Source: Candidatus Zixiibacteriota bacterium (GTDB taxonomy: Bacteria; Zixibacteria; MSB-5A5; JAABVY01; JAHJOQ01). Taken from it: a stretch of DNA of 26,886 nucleotides. Position 1 is the first letter of the stretch; every line of letters starts with the position of its first letter. The position numbers and the translations under genes are program-made. The notes under the pieces are model-generated. The model did no database searches, had not been told where the DNA came from, and saw nothing but the letters and a program-made list of their open reading frames with translations. Positions 1 to 7,802 of the stretch are shown one piece after another. The stretch covers positions 1 to 26,886 of the forward strand of contig JAGVNY010000167.1 of assembly GCA_020053015.1 (NCBI GenBank). Reading direction: 5' to 3'.

Positions 1-1023
1 GTCCTGACCGTAATTCTCATGACCGGCTTCTTCTATTTCGCCCGCCCGATTATGGTGCCCATCGTGGTTGGAGTCACGCTGGCATTTGTGTTAAGTCCAG
101 CAGTGCGTCTTCTGCAGAAACTCCGAGTCCCACGGGTCCTTTCTGTGATATTGGTGGTCTTCGTCACGCTGGTGGTCTTCATTGCGGTGGCGGGGCTTGT
201 GGCGGCGCAGGCGGGATCGCTGGTCGTGCAGTTGCCTGACTACTGGACGAGTTTCCAGAAGGAGTTGGCAAGTTGGCTTGAGAGGTTCCCGTTGCTGGCG
301 GAGTATTTGCCAAAGGGCGAAACGGGCGAACCGCTCAGCTTCCTGAGCAATATCAAATGGAACGATATTGCCTCGCTCTCCAAGTATGTGTTCGTGGGCA
401 TCGGCTCGGCTTTGTCAATCCTTGGCAACGTCATTCTCATCCTGCTCATAACATCATTCATCCTCATCGAGTGGGATGGGTTCAGAACGAAGTTCACTCA
501 TCTGTTCGGAAAAGAATCGGCGGAGACTTCGCGACAAATCACCGCTGAGATCTCGCGCAATATCTCCGGTTTCATCATCGTCAGGTTTGCGATAGCCATA
601 GGATTGGCGGTATTCGTGACTATCGGTCTTCTGATCATGGGCGTGCCCTATGCCTACGTCTGGGGGCCGCTTGCGGGAGCGCTAAATCTCGTGCCCTATG
701 TCGGCTCCGTGGTCTCGGCGATTCCACCGATGATCGTAGCCTCTATCGACCACGGTTCGATGTGGTGGATGTTGTGGGTAGCTCTTTTCTTCCTGGTACT
801 GCAATTCGTCGAGGGGAACGTGATCGCACCCAAACTGATCGGCGACAAGGTCAATCTCAACCTCACCGCCGTGATGATCTCGACTCTTTACTGGGGATGG
901 CTGTGGGGCGGGGTCGGCATAATCCTCGCGCAGCCGATAACTGCGTCTATCAAAGTCATCTGCGACCATGTCGAGTCTCTCCGCCCGATCGGAAGTCTGC
1001 TGGATGGGAAGATGGAGACGTGA
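1..1023 (+). CDS. AI-2E family transporter (PerM/YhhT/UPF0118-like permease). 5'-partial: the frame is open to position 1 upstream of the listed ATG at 19.
   Basis: Multi-TM hydrophobic protein with the characteristic C-terminal region ...VEGNVIAPKLIGDKVNLNLTAVMISTLYWGWLWGGVGIILAQPITA... typical of AI-2E/UPF0118 permeases. No stop codon lies between position 1 and the ATG at 19. Confidence 0.85.
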   Translation, partial: VLTVILMTGFFYFARPIMVPIVVGVTLAFVLSPAVRLLQKLRVPRVLSVILVVFVTLVVFIAVAGLVAAQAGSLVVQLPDYWTSFQKELASWLERFPLLAEYLPKGETGEPLSFLSNIKWNDIASLSKYVFVGIGSALSILGNVILILLITSFILIEWDGFRTKFTHLFGKESAETSRQITAEISRNISGFIIVRFAIAIGLAVFVTIGLLIMGVPYAYVWGPLAGALNLVPYVGSVVSAIPPMIVASIDHGSMWWMLWVALFFLVLQFVEGNVIAPKLIGDKVNLNLTAVMISTLYWGWLWGGVGIILAQPITASIKVICDHVESLRPIGSLLDGKMET

Positions 1024-1052
1024 GTAGAATACGGTTTTGATTGCGTTTAGGA

Positions 1053-1080
1053 TTGATAATTCATTTGTTTAGTCTATTGT
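1053..1080 (+). promoter_or_regulatory. Candidate sigma70-like promoter upstream of the RM gene: TTGATA, 16-nt spacer, TATTGT.
   Basis: TTGATA at 1053-1058 and TATTGT at 1075-1080 sit in an AT-rich 123-bp intergenic region about 67 nt upstream of the ATG at 1147. Called by eye only. Confidence 0.25.
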
Positions 1081-1146
1081 GTTCGAAGAATAGAAAGCGC
1101 CATATGAACTCCCAAAGCGCTTATTCTGGAGAGAAGACTTGAAGGT

Positions 1147-4100
1147 ATGACCTCCCAAGGAGACATTCTCGCATCACTTCGGGATTTTGCCCTGGCAGTC
1201 ACCAGCAAGATGACACAAGTTACGAGTGGCGAGCCGGAAGATCAGATTCGCAGCCCTTTCGAGAATTTCATGACCGAAGCAGCTCGATCACTTGGAGTCA
1301 GCATTGTCTGCACCGGTGAGACAGCCTTGCCGGGTCGGCTGGGTCGTCCCGATTACGCAGTTCACGTCAATGGACTCCTCGCGGGCTATGTAGAGCTGAA
1401 AGCTCCCGGAGTCGGAGCGAACGTGTTGCACTTCAAGGGGCACAATCGCGAGCAATGGAAGCGGTTTTCAGCCATTCCTAACATTCTCTATACTGACGGC
1501 AACGAGTGGTCGCTCTATCGTGGCGGCGTGCTCGTGGGCAGCCTCGTAGGACTTTCCGGGGATGTGGCCGTCGATGGTACCAATGCGGTGACGGTGGACG
1601 ACGCGGCGGCGATTGAGCGTGTTTTGCGGGGCTTTCTTTCATGGGAACCGATAATTCCAACCGGACGAAAAGGCAGGATAGATCTCAAGGGTTTTGCAGA
1701 GATGCTCGCACCGCTTTGTCGGATGTTGCGCGAGGACGTAAGCGATGCTCTAGAACGAACTGCTTCTCCTCTCGTCCAGCTTGCAAATGATTGGCGGCAT
1801 TCTCTATTTGGCGATGCCCCAAACGCGCAATTTGCCGACGGATACGCACAGACCGTGACATTCGGTCTTCTTCTTGGCCGAGCGGAGGGAGCAGCCGATC
1901 CTTTCGGATCGTACAATGCATATCTTGCACTGGACAGCCATCATTCGCTTCTCGCTCGGACGCTGATGTTCCTTACGGACCATCAGGTGAAGCCTGAGTT
2001 AGGCGCTTCCATCAGTCTTCTTGAGCGAGTCATTGCGGCTGTGCCGCCAACTTCGCTGTCGACACCGGATAATCCGTGGTTGTACTTCTACGAAGACTTC
2101 CTTGCGGCTTATGACCCCAAATTGCGCAAGGACGCGGGAGCCTACTATACGCCAATACAGGTAGTCCGCGCACAGGTATGCCTCATCGATGATCTGCTGG
2201 TCAATCGCCTCAACAAGCCGTTAGGATTTGCCGATCCTGACGTCATCACGCTCGACCCTGCGGTCGGAACCGGCACGTACTTGCTCGGTGTAATTGAACA
2301 CGCACTGAAACGCGTGGAGGACGAACAGGGGCCGGGTGCCATAGACGGCCAGGCCACTGCGCTGGCGGATAATCTCTACGGCTTCGAGCTTATGGTGGGC
2401 TCTTACGCAGTCGCCGAATTGCGCATCAGCGGTGCCCTGCGTGACCGTGGCGCAGTCCTTCCGAAGGATGGTACGCACATTTACCTGACAGATACGCTCG
2501 AAAGTCCTTACGCTGAGCCTCCCACTACATTAGCCTTATTCCTGAAGCCAATTGCGGATCAGCATGCCAGAGCGACAAGGGTTAAGAGCGCAGTCCCCGT
2601 TATCGTCTGTCTCGGAAACCCGCCTTACGACCGGCACGAGGCCGCCGGTGTGGACAACAAAGCCCGCACAGGCGGATGGATTCGCTGGGGTGATAGCGGA
2701 AAGGGCATGGATGCCATCTTCCGCGACTTTCTCGATCCTGCCACGACCGCAGGCCATGGAGTTCATGCCAAGAACCTTTACAATCTCTACGTCTATTTCT
2801 GGCGCTGGGCGCTGTGGAAGGTGTTCGAGCACGACACTGCGACTGGGACTGGGACTGGTGTCGTCAGCTTCATAAGCGCTTCAAGCTATCTCGATGGCAA
2901 CGCGTTCTGTGGGATGCGGGAGCATATGCGGAGGTTGTGCGATGAAATCTGGATTCTCGACCTCGGTGGCGAGGGGCGAGGCACTCGCAAGAGCGACAAT
3001 GTCTTCGCCATTCAAACGCCCGTTGCCATCGCCGTGGCGGTCCGATCGGAGAGTGCGAAGAAGGGCAAACCGGCCAAAGTGCACTACGCGCGCATCGAAG
3101 GGACCCGTGATGCAAAACTCGAATCGCTTGACGCCATAACCGGCTTCTCGAAGGTGAAGTGGCAGAGTTGTCCCAACGGCTGGCAGGCGCCTTTCCGCCC
3201 AGCGGGCAAGGGCGACTACTTCGCTTGGCCGATCCTGACCGACATCATGCCGTGGCAGCACTCTGGCTGCGAGATTAAGCGCACTTGGCCCATATGCCCG
3301 GATTCCGATACCCTCAAGTTACGTTGGCGCGGGCTGCTGTCAGCAGGCGACAGAGTGGTCGCCTTCAAGGAAACTCGTGACAGGAAGATCAGTTCTGGGT
3401 ACCCTTCCTTGCAGAAGTGCAGCGAGATTGAGAAACCGATAGATCAGTTGCCTCGAAATGCGTCTCATCCCCCCATCGAGCGTTATGCCTATCGCTCTTT
3501 TGACAGACAATGGCTGTTCGCCGACAGTCGTCTCGGCGACTATCTCCGACCCGACTTGTGGCGCGCCCGCGGACCCAAGCAGGTATTCCTTGCGAGCTCG
3601 ATTGTTCTGGAGCTTGGTCGGGGACCTGCGCTCACGGTTAGTTCATATATGCCGGACAGGCACTACTTCGCGGGACGCGGGGGCAAGGATGTAATTCCCT
3701 TGTATCGCAATGCGAAAGCGGAGTCACCCAACTTCGTACCCTGCATTCTAACCACACTCCAGAACCGATACAAACGCAGTGTTGAATCCGAAGATGTCTT
3801 GGCATACATCTATGGTGTCCTGGCGCATCCCGCTTTCACCGAGCGATACGCAAAGGAACTGGAGACGCGGGAACTGCGTGTGCCGATCACAAAGAAACCA
3901 GCTCTATTCGAGAAAGTCCGTGCGGTTGGAGCGCGGTTGCTGTGGTTGCATACGTATGGTGAGCGCTTCGTCCCCAAAGGCAAGCAGCGGGGCCATGTTC
4001 CCCGAGGCGCTGCGAAGTGCGTCAAAGCTGTCCCTAACAGCGCCGATGGATATCCTGAGTCATTTCGCTACAATGATGTCTCGCTAACGCTCCATGTCGG

Positions 4101-4458
4101 CGACGGAGAATTCTGCCCAATCAACCGCGAAGTGTTCGAATTCGAAGTGTCCGGTCTGAAGGTAGTGCAGTCGTGGCTAAGGTACCGTATGAAGAAGGGC
4201 GCGGGTAAGAAATCCTCACCTCTTGATGATATCCGTCCCGAACAGTGGCCCAGCCAGTTTACGACCGAGTTGCTGGAGCTGCTCTGGATTCTGGAGGCGA
4301 CCGTGGAAGGATACCCCGAGCAGGCAAGACTCCTTGAAGCTGTTGTCTCCGGTGAGTGCTTCCGAGCCGTCGAGATGCCGCCGGTACCTGCGGCGATGCG
4401 AAAGCCGCCACATCCGCCATCACTGAACGGCGACCTGTTTGAGGATACACCTTCTTAG
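1147..4458 (+). CDS. Type IIG/IIL restriction-modification enzyme, MmeI-family. N-terminal PD-(D/E)XK endonuclease fused to a gamma-class N6-adenine DNA methyltransferase and a C-terminal target-recognition region.
   Basis: N-terminus carries ...GRPD69YAVHVNGLLAGYVE83LK85... (a PD...ExK nuclease motif at the same positions as MmeI D70/E80/K82). MTase motif X-region GAYYTPIQVV is followed by motif I LDPAVGTGTYLLGV (SAM-binding FxGxG) and motif IV VIVCLGNPPYDR (NPPY). The X-I-IV order is gamma class. The product is 1103 aa in a single polypeptide, with no helicase motifs and no separate R, M or S genes nearby. Confidence 0.8.
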   Translation: MTSQGDILASLRDFALAVTSKMTQVTSGEPEDQIRSPFENFMTEAARSLGVSIVCTGETALPGRLGRPDYAVHVNGLLAGYVELKAPGVGANVLHFKGHNREQWKRFSAIPNILYTDGNEWSLYRGGVLVGSLVGLSGDVAVDGTNAVTVDDAAAIERVLRGFLSWEPIIPTGRKGRIDLKGFAEMLAPLCRMLREDVSDALERTASPLVQLANDWRHSLFGDAPNAQFADGYAQTVTFGLLLGRAEGAADPFGSYNAYLALDSHHSLLARTLMFLTDHQVKPELGASISLLERVIAAVPPTSLSTPDNPWLYFYEDFLAAYDPKLRKDAGAYYTPIQVVRAQVCLIDDLLVNRLNKPLGFADPDVITLDPAVGTGTYLLGVIEHALKRVEDEQGPGAIDGQATALADNLYGFELMVGSYAVAELRISGALRDRGAVLPKDGTHIYLTDTLESPYAEPPTTLALFLKPIADQHARATRVKSAVPVIVCLGNPPYDRHEAAGVDNKARTGGWIRWGDSGKGMDAIFRDFLDPATTAGHGVHAKNLYNLYVYFWRWALWKVFEHDTATGTGTGVVSFISASSYLDGNAFCGMREHMRRLCDEIWILDLGGEGRGTRKSDNVFAIQTPVAIAVAVRSESAKKGKPAKVHYARIEGTRDAKLESLDAITGFSKVKWQSCPNGWQAPFRPAGKGDYFAWPILTDIMPWQHSGCEIKRTWPICPDSDTLKLRWRGLLSAGDRVVAFKETRDRKISSGYPSLQKCSEIEKPIDQLPRNASHPPIERYAYRSFDRQWLFADSRLGDYLRPDLWRARGPKQVFLASSIVLELGRGPALTVSSYMPDRHYFAGRGGKDVIPLYRNAKAESPNFVPCILTTLQNRYKRSVESEDVLAYIYGVLAHPAFTERYAKELETRELRVPITKKPALFEKVRAVGARLLWLHTYGERFVPKGKQRGHVPRGAAKCVKAVPNSADGYPESFRYNDVSLTLHVGDGEFCPINREVFEFEVSGLKVVQSWLRYRMKKGAGKKSSPLDDIRPEQWPSQFTTELLELLWILEATVEGYPEQARLLEAVVSGECFRAVEMPPVPAAMRKPPHPPSLNGDLFEDTPS
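2841..2858 (+). repeat. Perfect tandem hexamer (GACTGG)x3 inside the RM gene, encoding a Thr-Gly repeat (TGTGTG).
   Basis: gactgggactgggactgg at 2841-2858 is in frame with the RM ORF, giving ...HDTATGTGTGVVSF... It lies downstream of the NPPY motif. Confidence 0.9.
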
Positions 4459-4548
4459 GTACATCACTCCGCACTCGGAAGAGCGTAGCACCCGCCGCGG
4501 TGTATTCGCCCGTGTTCATGGCCGAGACGGCCATGCCACAAGTGAGTA

Positions 4549-4571
4549 GTCCGAACCACCAGGGTTCGGAC
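4549..4571. terminator. Strong hairpin (9-bp perfect stem GTCCGAACC/GGTTCGGAC, 5-nt loop) between the convergent RM gene and icd. Candidate bidirectional terminator.
   Basis: Inverted repeat read directly at 4549-4557 and 4563-4571. No clean U-tract on either side, so factor-independent terminator function is uncertain. Confidence 0.35.
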
Positions 4572-4615
4572 CTACTATTCGTGACAGTCGGGATTCAATC
4601 CCCCAAAGGAATGAC

Positions 4616-5734
4616 CTACAAATTTGCGGCTACTGCTCGCGCGACGTCGAGCGTTGTCGCCTTGCCGCCCATGTCGTATGTGCGCACCTTGCCGTCTTTG
4701 ATCACCTTGGCAATTGCGTTTTCGAGTGCGGCTGCTTTGTCCTGCTCATTGAGCCAGTCGAGCATCAACTTCGCCGTAAGCAGCGTCGCCATCGGATTGA
4801 CCTTGTTCTGTCCCGCGTACTTGGGCGCAGATCCGTGTGTCGGCTCGAATACAGCGTAATCCTTGCCGATATTGCCTGAGCTCGCGAATCCAAGCCCCCC
4901 GACAAGCTGCGCGCAAAGATCGGAGATAATGTCGCCGAACATGTTCGACGTTACGATCACTCCGTAGTCATGCGGGTTCTTAATCAGCCACATGCACATC
5001 GCGTCGATGTTTGTTTCCCAGAGCGCTATTCCGGGATACTTCTGCGCGACTTTGCGAGCGGTTCTGATGAACAATCCTGACGTTTCGCGAATCACATTGG
5101 GTTTCTCGACGACAGTCACACTCTTGTAGCCATACTTCTTCGCATATTCGAACGCGTCAGTAACGATGCTCTCGGACGCCTGCTCCGAGATTATCCTCAT
5201 CGACACGGCGACTTTGTCGAGACCATATTTCTCAAATCTCGCAATCTTCTTGTTCTTCGCCTTAATGGACTCAAAGACCTCTTTGGGAAACGGAAAGAAT
5301 TCTACGCCCGAATACAAGTCTTCTGTATTCTCTCTGAACACGACGAGGTCGATTCCATCGCGGTAGTTGAGAGGATTACCCTCGTAGGCCTTGCACGGGC
5401 GGAGGTTAGTGCCAAGATCGAAAAGCTGGCGCAAGCCCACTATTGGAGATGAATAAACGAGTCCTTTGCCCTGCAGCGAAGGGATCAGTTCCTTCTCAGC
5501 TTCTTCTTTCGGTTTGGACGTAATTGCACCGAAGAGAGCACAATCAGTTTCCTTCAGAAGCTTGATTGTGCGTTCCGGGAGGGCGTTTCCCTCCTTGCAC
5601 CAAAACTCCCAGCCTATATCGCCGTGCAGATATTCGGCGTCGAGGCCGAGTTTGTCGAGCACGATTCGCGCAGCGTCCATTACATCAACGCCGATACCGT
5701 CGCCCGGCAGCCAGGCGATCCTGTACTTAGCCAT
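4616..5734 (-). CDS. icd: Isocitrate dehydrogenase, NADP-type, from the homodimeric isocitrate/isopropylmalate dehydrogenase family.
   Basis: N-terminal GDGIGVDV, SPIVGLRQ-LFDLGTNLRP and C-terminal HGSAPKYAGQNKVNP closely resemble E. coli Icd (GDGIGVDV, ALRQ, HGTAPKYAGQDKVNP) rather than LeuB (HGSAPDIAGK). At 372 aa it is a short form. Confidence 0.7.
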   Translation of the reverse strand: MAKYRIAWLPGDGIGVDVMDAARIVLDKLGLDAEYLHGDIGWEFWCKEGNALPERTIKLLKETDCALFGAITSKPKEEAEKELIPSLQGKGLVYSSPIVGLRQLFDLGTNLRPCKAYEGNPLNYRDGIDLVVFRENTEDLYSGVEFFPFPKEVFESIKAKNKKIARFEKYGLDKVAVSMRIISEQASESIVTDAFEYAKKYGYKSVTVVEKPNVIRETSGLFIRTARKVAQKYPGIALWETNIDAMCMWLIKNPHDYGVIVTSNMFGDIISDLCAQLVGGLGFASSGNIGKDYAVFEPTHGSAPKYAGQNKVNPMATLLTAKLMLDWLNEQDKAAALENAIAKVIKDGKVRTYDMGGKATTLDVARAVAANL

Positions 5735-5741
5735 CGAGATA

Positions 5742-6665
5742 CTACCTCCAGCTTAATGTCACTGAGAATCTGTGTGAATCTCCGAGATCGGAACCGATCG
5801 GAGTGTACGCGTAGTCGATAGATGCGAAGCGATGCTGTAATCCGAATCCGAGGGCGAGATCGCGGGTGTCGTAGCCCGAGGCATATCCTGCCCGAAGCGT
5901 CAGCATCTCCGCGATAACGTTTTCAGCACCGACATGGAAGTGCGTCTTGTCGTCGGACGGCGTTACCATGTTGATCCCGACCCTGAACGTCCGGTAGGAA
6001 AACGCCCCGCCTGCCCTTACCAGCACCGGAAGCTCGTCCTGCTGTTCCTTCAGCTTGATCTTGGATCCTACATTCGCGACAGAGAATCCGACGTGTATGC
6101 TCGGCAGGAACTCGTAATATCCGCCAGCGTCGAGCGCGTAAGCGGTGGATGAGTTAACATCAATCTTCTCGTAGATGACTTTGGCTGTCAGCCCGATCGA
6201 CAATTCCGGGGCGATGAAGAAGCCGCCTGAGATCGCTGCCACGATGTCCTGAGCATCGAAATAAGCGAGCGGTTCAGAGGTTGCCTGTGTTCGTCTCTCA
6301 ATGTCGCCGACTGAATTATAGAGAATCGACGCGCCGAGCGCGACTTTGTCAGGCTTCCAGGAGAAGGCGATATACTCAGAGCGAACGTTGTCGATCCATT
6401 CATGATGCATGAATCCGGCAGCGTACTTGCCGGCGTGAACCGTACCCGCAGGATTGTAGTAGAGCGAGTAAACGTCGCGCGTTACCGACCCGAAAGCCTC
6501 CGCCGACCCAGCCGCTGCCGCACCGGGGGAAATCTTTAGCCCCGCGACACCGCTAATGTTCCTGTCCTCGTAAGTCTGCCCTGAAGAGCTTCCAAGTAAA
6601 CCCAGAATGCAGATCAACGACAGCAGAGTCAATCGAGCGGATATGGAGTAATGATGAGCCTTCAT
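5742..6665 (-). CDS. Outer-membrane beta-barrel protein, FadL-like PorV/PorQ-family. A PorP/SprF-like protein is not excluded.
   Basis: N-terminal signal peptide MKAHHYSISARLTLLSLICILGLLGSSSG. An NPA hatch-type motif (VYSLYYNPAGTVHAG) follows shortly after the signal peptide. The rest is an alternating amphipathic beta-strand pattern. It is a paralog of the adjacent gene and shares the YNPAGT motif. Confidence 0.5.
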   Translation of the reverse strand: MKAHHYSISARLTLLSLICILGLLGSSSGQTYEDRNISGVAGLKISPGAAAAGSAEAFGSVTRDVYSLYYNPAGTVHAGKYAAGFMHHEWIDNVRSEYIAFSWKPDKVALGASILYNSVGDIERRTQATSEPLAYFDAQDIVAAISGGFFIAPELSIGLTAKVIYEKIDVNSSTAYALDAGGYYEFLPSIHVGFSVANVGSKIKLKEQQDELPVLVRAGGAFSYRTFRVGINMVTPSDDKTHFHVGAENVIAEMLTLRAGYASGYDTRDLALGFGLQHRFASIDYAYTPIGSDLGDSHRFSVTLSWR

Positions 6666-6669
6666 GGCC

Positions 6670-7644
6670 TTAGAAAACGAATCCTATCCCGAAAATGTGG
6701 TCCGCTCTCTCGCCTGCTTTCGCGGTCGCGAATGCGTACTCGATCGAGAGAGTATACGATTTATACGACCTAGATACTGAGCCACCGAACGTTGGGTGAA
6801 GGTCATCCAATCCTGCCCGAAGCTTCAGCACTTCGTGTGCGGCGTACTCTGCTCCGGCGTGAAGACGCAGGGAGTGCCACTGATACTTGCGCGCGTCGAC
6901 AGCGACAAGGAGCTTTTCTTTGAACATCTGGGCCGAGACCCCTCCCCCGATCAGGATTGGAAAGTCATCCGTGTGGGAATCTCCCAGCTCGCCGAACTGC
7001 TGCCAGTATTTGCCGGTGTTCCAAATGTAACTTGCACCAAGATTGCCGACTACCGCTCCGAACCTCAGCATATCAAGGAACGAACTGGAGTCGATTTGTG
7101 CTCCCTTGGCAAGCCTGATGTACAGCCCAAGGTCAAATCCGGCGGTGTTGGTCGTGACATTGGCCAACTTCGACATGTGATACTTGCCCGTTCCGCCGAT
7201 CGACACAATGTCAGAGAATCGTCTGGCAAAGCAAAGAGAGAGTGCGTTTTCGGAGTAATCCAGCTTATCCCCCGGCTCGCCCAGCCTATCCCGCTCCACT
7301 ATGTCTCCAACACCTGCGAATATCCAGCCGACCGCGATAGTCGCTTCATTTCTAACCGGAAGGCTCAACGAAGCGTAGCCCAACTTGCGGTCGAAGTCCA
7401 TCGCGCGATATGCGAATCCGACTTTTCGCTTGAGAATATGCGTAGTTCCTGCAGGATTGTAGAAGATCCCCGCTGCGTCATCGGAGACAGCAAGATAGGC
7501 CTGCCCCATTCCGACCGCGCGTGGTGAGAGTCCTACCTGCATGAATGCGCCGGCATGTCCGCCATCACCAGTTTCGGCGGAGGCCATCGATCCCGTCAAC
7601 AACATCAGGACGAACAACACGGCGATGCTCATCGGTATCAGCAT
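6670..7644 (-). CDS. Outer-membrane beta-barrel protein, FadL-like PorV/PorQ-family, paralog of 5742..6665.
   Basis: GIFYNPAGTTHI NPA motif and a beta-barrel pattern ending in an aromatic residue (...GIGFVF). The listed ORF reaches 7830, but a signal peptide (MLIPMSIAVLFVLMLLTGSMASA) begins at the internal ATG at 7644. That ATG is preceded by AAGGCGGGAATCT as a possible SD. The 62 upstream codons are non-hydrophobic and probably not translated. Confidence 0.5.
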   Translation of the reverse strand: MLIPMSIAVLFVLMLLTGSMASAETGDGGHAGAFMQVGLSPRAVGMGQAYLAVSDDAAGIFYNPAGTTHILKRKVGFAYRAMDFDRKLGYASLSLPVRNEATIAVGWIFAGVGDIVERDRLGEPGDKLDYSENALSLCFARRFSDIVSIGGTGKYHMSKLANVTTNTAGFDLGLYIRLAKGAQIDSSSFLDMLRFGAVVGNLGASYIWNTGKYWQQFGELGDSHTDDFPILIGGGVSAQMFKEKLLVAVDARKYQWHSLRLHAGAEYAAHEVLKLRAGLDDLHPTFGGSVSRSYKSYTLSIEYAFATAKAGERADHIFGIGFVF

Positions 7645-7802
7645 AGATTCCCGCCTTCGCGGGATTGACAATAGGTTCCATGTCGCGCTCGTCAATTCGC
7701 CGCGAGCCACACCACACCCCTTCCCCTGCGCTGCAAGTTCCGCAGAAACGGGATTCCTGATGTCGCAAAGTTCGCAAAGTCTCGGTGTTCGATGAAACAA
7801 CT

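Noticed and set aside
1094-1124. AAGCGC-N16-GCGCTT inverted repeat upstream of the RM gene as a controller (C-protein) box
   Set aside because: No C-protein (small HTH) gene is present next to the RM gene. The repeat is short and could equally be a 5'-UTR hairpin. It is noted only within the RM finding.
1147-4458. Alternative identity of the large MTase as BREX PglX or a type ISP (LlaGI-like) enzyme
   Set aside because: No pglZ, brxA/B/C or brxL neighbours. No SF2 helicase motifs (Walker A, DEAH) in the protein. The N-terminal PD...ExK spacing matches the MmeI family instead.
4586-4602. Possible tRNA gene, suggested by the T-arm-like GGGATTCAATCCC hairpin near 4590
   Set aside because: No acceptor stem, D-arm or anticodon arm can be folded around it. 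The nearby 9-bp hairpin does not fit anticodon-arm dimensions. At most it is a tRNA-fragment or terminator-like element.
4500-4859. Plus-strand ORFs lying antisense to clear minus-strand genes. Examples: 4500..4859, 6796..7527, 10691..11113, 11959..12393, 14321..14707, 16470..16853, 16908..17438
   Set aside because: They fully overlap well-supported genes on the opposite strand and have no recognisable motifs. Such ORFs are expected in GC-rich DNA.
5742-7644. Calling the two barrels specifically PorV (LptO) or specifically PorP/SprF
   Set aside because: NPA-containing N-termini occur in PorV, PorQ, PorP/SprF and FadL alike. Without HMM scores the subfamily cannot be resolved, so only the FadL-like PorV/PorQ-family level is reported.
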